A DNA stretch of 64,000 bases. It comes from Botryllus schlosseri. Taxonomy: Eukaryota. The position numbers and the translations under genes are program-made. The notes beneath the pieces are model-generated. The model did not search any database. It had not been told where the DNA came from and was given only the letters and a program-made list of their open reading frames with translations. Where the stretch lies: contig CM119371.1 of assembly GCA_051294905.1 (NCBI GenBank), forward strand, positions 4,466,001 through 4,530,000, written 5' to 3'. Positions 39,542 through 51,635 of the stretch are shown here, piece by piece (the stretch's first letter is position 1; every line of letters begins with the position of its first letter).

Positions 39542-40310
39542 ACTAGGCGGTATTGATCATGTCATTACCAAAGTCAAATATAATCAGCGTTAAATTTACC
39601 TTCGAAATGGAACAGATCAATAACACCTTGAACATAATGAATACTGTGCCGTAGCAGTAGAAATGTGCAATCGCCGAAGAACCCATTGTTGTTACAGCTG
39701 TGAAGCATAAACTGGTTAGGCGACGACTAGCCTACTTAATTCGGCACATTTAATTGGCGATAATAACCAACTATACATCAGAGGGGCAACATAATGCCAA
39801 TGGTGGTTGCCATACCGAGCTGCTTAGATATCTAAATAAGCTACGCAGCGCAAGCTACGAACTTTTGATATTTCACTGTATCTAATACCAGTTTGATAGT
39901 TTGTTGCGTCCGTGGTTGTACCAAGTCACGGCATTCTGAGTCACAAAAGTCCTTCTCTGATTGTAACGTTTGACGCGACGAGTACGAGTATGAGTAATTC
40001 TACAGAAGGTCGCGCCCAAGTCCAAATCACAATTTTCAGTCACGAATCATCAACGGGTCATGTTTTACCATCATGAACAAGTAATGTCACGTAATTGTTG
40101 ATCTTCCACTGCGTGGTAACTTTTGGGAGCGATGTAATAGTGAAGTTTGACGAGTAGTTTCAGGCTGCTGGAGTAGTTTTGGGGCGAATTTTAAGAATTC
40201 TTGAATTAAAAAAGAAATTGGTATTTAAATATTGTCGAATACTTCTAAATCCAAAATGCCGTCGCGGGCCGCACAAAATGGTCTCGCGGGCCGCGTGTTT
40301 GAGACCTCTG
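38817..40310. mobile_element. hAT element, family B
   Basis: TIRs CAGAGGTCTCAAAC...GTTTGAGACCTCTG. Exact TSD GTCTAAGT. Inverted homologue of 12175-19209 without its nested inserts. Confidence 0.93.
39222..39537 (+). mobile_element. tRNA-derived SINE with (TC)n tail
   Basis: A box TAGTGTAATGG (39275) and B box GGTTCGATTCC (39319). Central CATACCAAAGAC...AAAATGGTA...GGCGCTCAGCA domain, (TC)13 tail. Absent from the homologous B copy at ~18850. Confidence 0.85.
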
Positions 40311-41018
40311 GTCTAAGTAGTCATCACTGGTACTCAAGAAGAAGTAACGACGTAAATTTACGCTCAAGTAAAACTAAAATTTGCCATTACCAACTATAGG
40401 TAAAAAGGTCAATGTTCCAGGCCTAGTTTTGGATTAAAAACCGAAAATTGTTTTGTAGAAGTAGAAATCGTCTATAATCATAACCACTTGAGTAAGTATT
40501 GCAAGTAGAAGAAACCTACTTGAGTACTTGTCCAAAGAAAAAGTACTTCTTTACTGACCATATCTGGTTAAGAGTGAGATAAATGAATGTATTTTGAATC
40601 CTAGGAGTTCGTTTTACTGGAGTGGAGTTAGGAAAATGAGTTGAACATGACTCGGTTTGTGACTTGACTCACATTACTATGACTTGTGACGTGATTCAAA
40701 CCCTGTCCGATACCGATAAGACCGGTAACCAGCACCTTCACCAATAAAGCGGATATTCAAAAGATAAGTCATCTTATGTAAGTCACATTTTCAAAAGTAT
40801 ATTTCAACACCTAGCTCTTGTTTGGATATGAAATAATCCAGAAAAGCTGCACCCAGACACTTGCATGCAGGGACTCTTTGAGTTTGTATAGATGAAAAAC
40901 TTACCAATCCATACTTCACATGTTATATGTTTGCAAAGTAAAATAATTCTTCCTCGCCTTATGGCAAACGTAGTGCTATCATCCAATAGTTGTATCAGCA
41001 TATTGTTTTACATGGCCG

Positions 41019-42896
41019 GTGCCGCTAATACAGAGACGCAGAAACCTGTCGGTGACAAGCCAGAGGCGTCTTATATAGGGGGGGGTGGGGGAACTTGAGT
41101 AGGTAGGGGAATTTGAGTACATTCGACGAAAACTTTTGCTTTCTCAACATATCTGCTTAAAATTCCGCAGTTCTGCATTTATTCATTAGCTCACTATGTA
41201 AGCTCTAGATAAGACTAATAACCATTTCTATCAAAGGCCGATTATAGCTTCCACGTGGAATTGAAAGTTTGTGAATTTTTTTTTCATTTTTGACACCACT
41301 TTTCAACTTCTTTGCAGACAGCATAAAAATGGTTGTTGCATATCCAAATATTGCTTAAGTTTGTGATAGTTGATCATGCTACAAGGTATGACAATGCATT
41401 TTGTCGATGGTGGTAAGAGTAAGTTTTAATTTGAAGAATATTTTTTGGGGGTGATTCGGGTATAGTATAAATTAGGGGTGGGTTAAATTGAGTATACTAC
41501 TAAATGATAACTTTTTTTGTTGCACTGTCATCAGAGAGGTTGTAGATACTCTTTTTAATCTTGTTATCTGATTTTGTTACACAATTAGAGAGTTAAAACA
41601 ATAACAGACATGCTCAGGTATTATAAGAAGAAGCGAACCCCTAAATATGCACCACATGAATTCGAATAGGCCATCAAAGAAAGTAAGACAGGAAAGAGCT
41701 GTTATAATAGAGTCTGGAATTCCCTATGAAGCACTCATAACAAAGTTCATTAGAGCAACACAGAAAATTGTAGCCACAAGAGCAAGAATCGGTCGAAGAA
41801 AGTGACTAGATGAAAAGTTTGACTCGGGCAATTACTACACAGTAGTCTCACAAATATTGAAAAGAGAATCAAGAAATTATTTAGCTAGTCATAATGCCAA
41901 AAGAAGGCATGTTCACTTGATCAGGCCATAACTGGTGAGGTGCTGACATCAGAAGAAAGCATGACCAGACTTTAAGATGAGGAGAATGTATGAAAGCTAA
42001 AACGCAAGAGCAATGATGTTGTGGTCAGTGACGATTATGAGGAGGAAGTGGCCACTCTAAGTACAGTTCTGAGATGGACTTGGGGAATTTGAAACAGTTC
42101 AAAAAGAGGAAGGATATCAACGAGTTGGATTGGCTCGTTATACAATACAGACTGACAAAGTTTCTGGGGCAGGTGGAAAATATGATGGGTGGCGGTGAAA
42201 CATTTGTGCATAATTTTTTCAACCAACGGGTTGCATATTTTCCTATCCCTGAAACATTGATGACATCAATTTCATGTTGAGAATATTCTCCATTTCATTC
42301 AATGAAGTAATTTTCAAAGTGAAAGCACCAATTTCAGAAAGAAGAGGGGTTGTCAAATTTGATTTGAATCCAAACAACTAGTGAAACTTTGACATCTAAT
42401 TATTTCGTTCTGCTGTTCCTCCTAAAAAAGTTTATCTTTAAACAACAATAAGAGATCTTGTTCCAGTTTCTTTTTTAAAAACATGTAAATATACTCAGTT
42501 TTCCCATACAATGGGTCATTTGGGTATAACGTGGGGATAAGGCTTGCTTCAAGCACAATTTAGACAGTATACTCAATTTTCCCACAAAATTGGGGTAAAT
42601 TGAGTATACGAATTTGTAAAAAAAAAATCACAATATTTTTCCACTGCGAGCAAATTGAATCTTCAATTAATTTGCAACCGAAAATTCAACCATACAATGT
42701 AACAAATATCAACCAGCCACCTTTTTATTTGACTGTTTATGAAAATGACAGCTGCTCAAACTTGAAAATATACTCAAATTCCCCCACCCCCCCCTATACA
42801 GTAATGAATCACCAGACTTCCATATGGCAGAACTTGAGGCTCAACTCAAGAAATTGATCGATACCAATCTGTCATTGAAGTCTGTTATGTTTATAG
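41019..42896 (+). pseudogene. PLK1: PLK1-like linker exon, copy 2, split by a pogo-like transposon
   Basis: GAANTETQKPVGDKPEASYI (41019-41077) and SNESPDFHMAELEAQLKKLIDTNLSLKS (42799-42896) join to match 33967-34125. Confidence 0.8.
41078..42794 (+). mobile_element. Internally deleted pogo-like (Tc1/mariner superfamily) DNA transposon
   Basis: TIRs GGGGGGGGTGGGGGAA(C/T)TTGAGTA in inverted orientation, with TATA at both flanks. psq-HTH-like start MLRYYKKKRTPKYAPHEFE* at 41610 and C-terminal remnant ORF 42074-42280. Confidence 0.82.
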
Positions 42897-43398
42897 GTGC
42901 GCACTTATTTTATAATCATTACTTGACTTTATTCTGAATAGACTTCCTCTTTGGAATATAGGATACTTCTAAGAATAATAGATTTCATATATTAAAATCC
43001 GAATCTGGTAATGGCTCAGGCTCAAATCAATTCATGAGTATCGCGACAACTGAAGAATATCAAAAATTCTTTAAGCAATACCTGTTTGGGAAATGATATT
43101 GATGCATATTTGTTCAATGTGTCGGAATTCAAATCGGTGCTTATCTCAAATTAAAACCGGTACAAATCAAAGCTATTAGGATTTCCATATCCATATCGAG
43201 TTCAACATGTATCAGAGAATATTCCTGTGTACAAATTGGCCTCAAATTCAAAAAGGGCTGGTAAAATCCACAGTGATTTTGATGCATATCCAATCCAGTC
43301 AAGCAGATATCATAGTCAGTATGTGACATTACCAAAAATTGGTTAGCATTAGATATATATTGAATTTCTGTATATCAAAGCTGAGTTTGATTCGACAG

Positions 43399-43468
43399 AT
43401 GAGGCAGAAGACCCTGCAGCCGCACCTGTGCATTGGATTGGTGGATCTGACGGATAAAGCAGAATTCG
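43399..43468 (+). pseudogene. PLK1: PLK1-like polo-cap / polo-box 1 start exon
   Basis: AG|DEAEDPAAAPVHWI/VDLTDKAEF|GT, compared with PLK1 [26 protein letters not shown]. Confidence 0.9.
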
Positions 43469-44547
43469 GTATGGATATCTTTGTATCGTCACTATGTCTG
43501 GATATGTACACAGCAGTGATAAAAGGAGCTAACAATCTACTTCAATAAATACATACTGACTACTCCAGTAGAAGTCACGCCAAAAATGTATACCCTATTG
43601 AAAGCATAAGTGACAATTTCCAGGACATGTTAAAGCTACTTCATGCAGAGATAGGAGGTAGTCAAAGTAGTCGGTAATGCTACTCAAGAAAAAGTAACAT
43701 CAATCCAAGTCCTAGTCAATTACAAGTAAATGTATCGATTCAAAGACAGATCAAAACTCATTCATGTGGAGATAGAAGGTAGACAAAGTAGTCAGCAATG
43801 CTACTTGATTAGAACTATCCTAGTAGATTATTTCTATTCAATTACTGCATAAGCGATTTCTTCGACGAGGGAAAATTACTTCTCATTGCATTAAGTGGTA
43901 GTGAAAGTAGTTATATTTGCTATGCTAGCACAAGTAGATGTAACACCGTAAATTTCAACTCAATTACAAGTAAAAGAAGCGATTTCTGCTTATTAACTTA
44001 CTGCGAGATGTTAAATACTTGTACGCACATCAGACTTTGAAAACCAGATAGTTCTAGTTGTCTAATTAGACTAATTTAATCAAAATTTTTATATTGTTCC
44101 AGTCAAGTTTTTCAATTTTAGTTCGAATCTGATTTCTGGTTTTCCTGAAAATGCTACAGGAAAACTCTAACGTGTGTAACGAACCAAACTCAATGTACAG
44201 ACTACTTCTAAATCATTAGGCAAATACTTAAGATTTTCTAGCTGCTAAACTCTGGTGGTGGCAATCTTGTACAGACTAATACACGCTAATACTCAACGTC
44301 AACTGCAAACTAGGAATTGTGTCAATATAGAACCGGTTCCATATTATATGGTATGATTCTGTCTTGTGTAATATATCTTGGCGTTTCGCTGCTCAAGGAT
44401 GTATGTAAGCATTTCAATATTGTCCCGAATAAAACCGGCCTTGGGATGTCTGTAATAAAATCATTAATTCAAATCCAAATTTAAAATTATCATTACTATA
44501 GTAGGCCTTCCAATAGCTGCAAAATGATGTTTTTATTCAAATTTCAG

Positions 44548-44623
44548 GTTAGCAACTATGTGACAACAGCAACGACGTACTTTTCAACAGTAGCACGCCA
44601 ATACTTCTGTAAGCAGACAATGT
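44548..44623 (+). pseudogene. PLK1: PLK1-like polo-box 1 exon
   Basis: G*QLCDNSNDVLFNSSTPILL*ADN, compared with PLK1 [25 protein letters not shown]. Confidence 0.9.
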
Positions 44624-45350
44624 GCAAGTGGAATACATTGACAGAGACATGACATAGTCTTACTTTGCACAGTGCCTGAGCACTCAAACCGAGACGGAAA
44701 CATTGCTCAAATATTTCTGGACCTACATGTGCGACCATTCTATCAAGTTTGATGAAATTATTTTATTGTACTTGAATTGAAAATTTTGGAATGGCTTGAC
44801 TAAAATGTTACCTGACATGAAAATTTATCAAACAACTTGCTTTGACTCGACTCAAGTCTACATTCGTGTGACTTGACTTGAAAAATAGATCAAGTGACTC
44901 GGATAAAGTCCAAATTTGCGTGACTTGACATGAAAAATTTATGAAATGGCTATACTAAAGTCTAGACTTCTACTCGAGTAGCATCACTGACTACCTCAGC
45001 CACAAACATTCGCTTCAAGTAGTTTTTGTCTTTGAAATCGTTACTTCGGCTTGCAGTTGTTTAGAAATTTATGAGGTTACTTCTTCTGTAACATCACCGA
45101 CTGCTTAAGTCACCACCTATTTCCAATTGTAATAGACTTTCAATTTACGACGTTACTTCTACTTGCATAGCAACACTGACTAATTTGATGACCTCCTCCT
45201 ACCAAGTTGTAACTCAGTATCGATATGTGGCATTAATTCTACTTCAAATTTCTGCTTTTACTTGTAGTTGATTTGAAATCTACAATGTCACTTACAATGG
45301 GACTTAGTTTGAGCACCTCTGCTTCTGTTATCTATTTTTCCATGATCCAG

Positions 45351-45552
45351 GGCCACACCAAAGTGATTCAGTATCCTATGATGCGATCCTGTGATTTATA
45401 TCGACCGAGAACACCACTTCATAACCTACAAATTCAAACTGCTACAAAAATACGGATGCAATCTTGCGAAGATTCATGATGCGTGCAACGCTCAATACAA
45501 CAAGCAGTATATTTCTATTCGCAAATTGCATCGCTCTAAGCTTTGCAGCTGA
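45351..45552 (+). pseudogene. PLK1: PLK1-like terminal polo-box 2 exon
   Basis: GHTKVIQYPMM/VIYIDREHHFITYKFKLLQKYGC, compared with PLK1 [36 protein letters not shown]. Confidence 0.88.
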
Positions 45553-46097
45553 CTCTTTTTTGAGGTTAGAGTTAACCAATGACTGCCTCATATTAATGCA
45601 TCGTTCGTTGCAATATTCTGAATCCGGACCGGATGGATATTATGTGACTTTGACTTATGACTTTGTGTAAAATGACTTGGGATCGTTGTGTGTGTATAAA
45701 TCCAGTGTGGCTTTTTCAGGAAAACCTGTTTTCTGTAAAGCCAGTTAATGCTATTTATCATAATAGATCATGTCTCGGATTGTATTATTGCAGTAGTCGG
45801 CGTCACAGTAAAAGGTCACACAGTAAGGTGTCAGAGGTTTTAGTCAAAAATAGTCTGACCTTGCTACTCGATTTGAAGTAGAATTCACGAAGTAACTCTT
45901 CATTGGATTACGGGTGCAATTAGCGATGCTAAAGACATCTCGAAACTTCTTGCAGAGGCAAATATTGAAAGACCCAAAAGTGCTGTGGTTTTAAAAACTG
46001 AATATGGTTGATCAGGATCGACTGAATTTAAAACTACGCTCTACTTTTCAAAATACAAAGCGTGTCAAGTAAGTAGTGTTGCTGTAAAATACATGAC

Positions 46098-46178
46098 TGG
46101 CGAGATAGCGCAGTGGTATAATCCGGGCTGCAGCATGAAAAGGTGCGGGTTCTGGTTCGAGTCCGACCGAGGTCGACT
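46098..46178 (+). mobile_element. tRNA-derived SINE head or tRNA pseudogene
   Basis: A box TAGCGCAGTGG and B box GGTTCGAGTCC; no clean cloverleaf. Confidence 0.55.
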
Positions 46179-48215
46179 TGAGAATTCATAAGCGTAAGCG
46201 GTGTCTTACAAAAAGTGTAGAAGTGGGCCGTGCGGAAAAAACATGATGAATATCGGTCTGGTGTAAATGACGATAGCTGTCGACAGACATCATGAATAAC
46301 ACAAAAAACATGAGTGGAAATAGTAATAACAGAGTCACTTGAGTAAGTGCCGCAAGTGCTTGCGATGCCTCATTGACAACAATGAAAAAGTGGGAGTAGG
46401 CTAATTCGTTACTGACTATGATGACGCAGGGGTGCCTGTTTAATAAAGATTGAGACAGTCTTCCCCATACAGCCATGATGACTATATCACTGTTTCACGG
46501 TGCTAGATAAGTACCACGTATATTTCTTGCATTTCTATAATTTTAGCGTTGTATGTGTGCGAGAGATTCATTTCGTACACCGTACGAGGTCAATCCGCGT
46601 ATACGAAAACGTAACGTATGCGTTAGCAATTGTAAATGACCTATAAAATATTGAATATGCCCGGAGTTTAAATTTCAAAGGACGTTATTTTGAGTTTAAA
46701 ATGTGAGAGATCTCACACCCACTAAACCCTGGATACGCCACTGGTAATAGCCAAGACCCTAAGCTGACAATATGGCTGTAATACCATCACATAACGAAAC
46801 ACCGGCAACACGATTCACGCAAAACGACGATACGTATTTTCTAGTTGTTTTACAAAAAAATCGCACTGAAATGCGCAACTACGACTACTTACTTTTCAAA
46901 ATTTACAACTAGAACTAGTCCTACTTGACCGTCAAGTAACTGGTCTGGTAGAAGATAGTCTTCTCTTGGGTGGTCATAAATCAAGGACGACTGCTTATAG
47001 GTTGTCCGCAAAAATTAGACACAACATTCCCGCGTGCATTTTCTTCCTGACAGCTGAATGTACAACGAAGGTTGGCTCTTTCACATGTATTCATCGGATA
47101 AGTTATCGCAATATGTTGTACGGTCTCAAAATGTGAACCTGAGTCGATACCATGTTTTCACCGACCGGTTACGTGAATGGCTGCGGGCACAATGATTCGG
47201 GAATTAACTTCAGTGATTCTAGTCGAGTAGTGAGATGTGATATTTTTGTGTAATGAAATCAAATGCTCCTTTTCTATGTGAGTTAATTTATGCAGGTAAT
47301 TATACCTTTGATACTTTTCCACTGTGGGGGGTTGTAAACCTCGATTGGTCGTATTGCAGCATCGAAACAACCCATAACTGTCCACGCGTTAGTTGAACTA
47401 ACATTTCCGTAAAGTTGTGATTCACATCGTTGTCCCAATAAAGTGCAATGACATAGGCACGGTCAAAAAGTAACATATACTCTTTATTGTGATGTAGAGC
47501 TGACTGATATTCATTGCGGTCGCATTACAGGTACATTATTAGAGCTTTCCACATCATTCACGCTGTTTTGACGCCAAAATGAATTAATATAGCTTAGTAC
47601 ACGATTCGAAGCCTGATACTCGATTCAGAATAGAATCACTTCGATACTTGATTTTACCAAGCCCTGCATGCCTCACTTGCTGGCACTTAAGATTATACTC
47701 AGGATTGACATTTCGTTACAAACGTTACACTCATGGCTATTGGGATGAATAATATAATCATTCACATAACATTGAAGGTGACCGATTCGACAACATTCTT
47801 TCCTGCATTTACGACATTACGATTTTGACGTCTCATAGTTTTAATTGCTTTTTCTTCTATGTTATCCTCTGCTACTCTGTATACACTGTACAGTGTACAC
47901 ACTTATTTACATATTCGAGACCAAGGTTTGATTGAAATAATACACCAATTTATTTCGACGTCCTCTCCGTCTTGCGATTCTATCAGCACCATCGAGTATT
48001 TTGAAATGATCAATCAATAGAACTTGACATATCAAACTGAATGACACTCGAGGTAATTGTACAGTGGTAGAGTAAATGTTTTGGCAGAAAAATGCTAACA
48101 TAGTCAACGATTCCACCATACATATCCGTATTAAGCCTTTGTTATGTACATAGCAGTAAAATATTTTTCGCACCCCTTCATTTTATTTATTGACACCAAT
48201 ATAATATGACGCTTC

Positions 48216-49215
48216 TTATAGTAAATATTTCCCACAAATATCAGTTTTGACGTCTGGATGCATATAAATATGACGCTTGAAGTTGCATTTTTGAGTATAC
48301 GATTTCCTACATATGTCGCATCGATGCTGTTTGATGCCAGCATGCATATCCATATGACACATGAGGTATCCCTTCTCAGTAAACGCCTTCCCACATACTT
48401 CACATTTATGATTTTTGATGCCAGCATGCATACATATGTCGCTTGAGGTTACTCTTCCGAGTAAATGCTTTCCCACATACATCACAGAAATTATTCTTAA
48501 CGCCAGCATGTATATCTACATGACGCATGAGATCTCTCTTCCTAGTAAATTCTTTCCCACATACATCGCAGGTATGATTTTTGAAGCCAGCATGGATATC
48601 CATATGAAGCTTGAGGCTATCCTTCTGTGTAAATGCTATCCCACATATATCACAGAAATGATTCTTAACGCCAGCATGGATATCTACATGACGCATGAGG
48701 TCTTGCTTCCTAGTAAATGCTTTCCCACATACAACACAGTCGTGATTTTTGACGCCAGCATGGATCTCCAAATGAAGCACGAGATCTGTCTTCCTAGCAA
48801 ATGCTTTTCCACATACATCGCAGATATGATTTTTAACGCCAGCATGGATATCCATATGAAGTTTGAGGTCTCCCTTCAGTGTAAATGCTTTTCCACATGC
48901 ATCACAGAAATGATTCTTAACGCCAGCATGAATGTCCATATGACGCTTGAGATTGCCCTGCCGAGTAAATGCTTTCCCACATACATCGCAGTTATGATTT
49001 TTGACGCCAGCATGGATCTTCATATGACGCATCAGGTCTCCCTTCAGTGTAAATGCTTTCCCACATACATCACAGTTATAATTTTTAACGCCAGCATGGA
49101 TACGCATAATATGAAGGTTGATGCTACCCTTCCTGGTAAATACTTTCCCACATATATCACAGTTGTGATTTTTCATGCCCGCTTGCATATCAATATGGCG
49201 TTGGAAGTCCAACAT
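48216..49215 (-). CDS. C2H2 zinc-finger array of about 11 fingers, frameshifted near 48430 (possible pseudogene)
   Basis: 28-aa repeats CDVCGKAFTxKxxLxxHMDIHAGVKNH. Nine fingers lie in ORF 49215-48406, the ninth broken by a 2-nt deletion. Two more fingers follow in the frame ending at 48216, with degenerate fingers on both sides. Confidence 0.9.
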
Positions 49216-50371
49216 TTAAGATCAAGTTGAAAATGCGAAGAACAAATTTCCATCTGATTCTTGAACGAATATTCAGCGCATAAGGCTTATCTCAATGACA
49301 ATATGACCACATCGGCCATGCATGAAAGTGTAGAATTAATCTAAACGAAGAGTATCATTAGATTGTGTAGCAATCGTCATACAGCGATATTGTACAACAT
49401 AAAAAATATCAACAGCACGAAAATTACTGCTGTCGATTCTATTATGAAAACACTCATCCGCCCGATTTTTGCGCTATGATTTGCTTCGATCATGCTCAAA
49501 TAATTTGGGGGGATGAATCCGAGTCTGGCGTTACTTTTGCTCCATCACATCACATTTTCTATCAGACTATGCGACTCGCTATATGTTTTCAAACGCAAAG
49601 ATCAAGACCGTTTTATTCACACGAGCATTCGAACTAGAGTAGTGTTCATTCCGCCCTACAACTATGCACGCCGTCTTTTATACATATCGAATACTTCTAC
49701 ATGATTACTTCCACATGAACATTGATTGGTGATGGGCAATGCGCATGACGTTGATATGGATAGGAAAGGACTTGAATGTCTACACCTGATCGCAGCACTG
49801 GCTACTAATGATTTTATCACATTGTACATATTATCATTGAGAAAATACAAAAACAAATTCCGCGAACATGTCATCATTTAATACAGTTATAAGTGGTTCA
49901 AGGTTGGGTTATTGTACAAGCATTCAATACCCTGGCCACGACCGTATTCTTAATACACCAGGGGCCGGCATCATTTTGTGTGCAGCCTGCCAAAATGTCA
50001 AATATTTATCAGCTTGTGTGCCGAACATTTAATTTATCGATATTCAACGTTTCAAGCAAGGAATACCACCAACCGTTTTTCTGCAGTTGGCAACGGCATT
50101 CGTTACGCCAGTGATTCTTAAATTACAATTCAGTTCAATAATTATTGATCTTGAACGGAATGATTTTTTTTTTAGAGAGTTGAGCCAAAAAGTAGACTTT
50201 TTAAATTTATTTTAGTCAACCGATTAACAATTCTCAAGAAATTTATCCAATATTTCCGAGAGAGAGTCTTTATTTTCATCCAACCAAATCACATAACACA
50301 CGGCGGTGGTGGTGGCACAGCAAATATGCTTGCACAGTATTCGGCATTAAATAGTAATGATCGATGTAGGC

Positions 50372-51078
50372 CAGGGCCGGCCAACCCGTGGCCCGCGGGC
50401 CACATGTGTCCCGCGAGAAGGTTTTGAGTGGCCCGCGAGGTAATTTCCGAAATTTCTAATATCAAAAATGGATTGTACAGATTGCGAACTTGCAAGGCCA
50501 ACCAAAAATTTGATTAGTTTGGCCGCAACACTTGAGATGTGATGACTTAAATATCAGTTCCGACGCATTGACAGATCCATCAGCCAGTCACATATTGGTA
50601 TATCTTCGTACACTACAATAAAGCAGAATAATTTGCGATAGATTTATCAAAAGTAAAAATTTTCTACAAGCTTAGCGCAACATGTTGTCACTCGATTCCT
50701 TGTTTTTAATATTGTTGCCCTTTTTGTGAAAATGGAAGAACGCCTTATGTATCAGATTGAGTCTAACTGTATTCGCGATTACGAGACAAATGCGACCTTG
50801 CGTTTGCGCTCGCAGTAAGATCGTTGACTATGAAACCTAGGCACGGAATGATTGACGCATGTTGGTCGCAGCGTTCGATATCGATATGTCCATGCGCGGA
50901 ATAGCCTATTCCTCGCAAACTTAGCCCAGCGATATACGACAGGCTCGCAATATAGTCAAGTGACAATATTATTGACCTATGAACTTTAAACAGTTTTCGC
51001 GCCTCGCGCGGTAAGTGGCCCGCGCAATATTTCGTCAATCGAATGTGGCCCTTTGGCTGAAAAGGTTGGCCAGCCCTG
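50372..51078. mobile_element. hAT MITE
   Basis: TIRs CAGGGCCGGCCAACC...GGTTGGCCAGCCCTG. Exact TSD ATGTAGGC. Confidence 0.93.
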
Positions 51079-51635
51079 ATGTAGGCCAAGTTGGGTGTCT
51101 GACCGGAAGATTACTCCCAGCAGTTTCGCCACCATCCTATCTTTTCATTATATCGCAATTTAGTGGTGTATTTTAATAAATGATGATAAACACAAAAAAT
51201 GGCAGGTTGCATCGAAAGTGTATCTGACTGATGCCTCCGTAAATAATATGTCGATTTGTTAGGCGAGATTCTGAAATCACGATAACTAGATTTTTATACA
51301 AAGCTCCAGACTTATAGATTGTACTAACTATGATCCTAGTTAGTTGATGGTCAACTGATTGCGGATTTTACTGAAGAAAGCCTAGTTCTAATTGCGATTC
51401 ACGGTCAGTAATGCTAGTTCCAATTCAAGTCAAGTTTTTTCAAAATCCAGTGCTCAGTTAGTCTGTACAGTGTACAAGCACTATTATCCCAATGCAAAAT
51501 ATACAACAAACTAAGTTATCTGAATAAGCCTGACTAACAACTTCCTTATTTCCCATAATACCCACCTGCCAATATATGTCCTAATGTCCAAAGCTCAACT
51601 AATAATGCCACAGCTAAACAACGAGCATTGAGTAG

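Larger units (their letters stand above)
27988..45552 (+). pseudogene. PLK1: Tandem cluster of degenerate Polo-like kinase 1 gene copies
   Basis: At least 15 recognisable PLK1-like exon copies covering the kinase N-lobe, catalytic loop, kinase C-terminus, linker and polo boxes. Nearly all carry stops, frameshifts, damaged splice sites or insertions. Confidence 0.9.

Noticed and set aside
27988..45552. One functional, alternatively spliced PLK1 gene with mutually exclusive exons
   Set aside because: The single-copy exons (first exon, polo-box exons) carry stops or frameshifts, and most duplicated exons are also broken.
48415..49230. 271-aa plus-strand ORF
   Set aside because: It is the antisense shadow of the repetitive zinc-finger codons.
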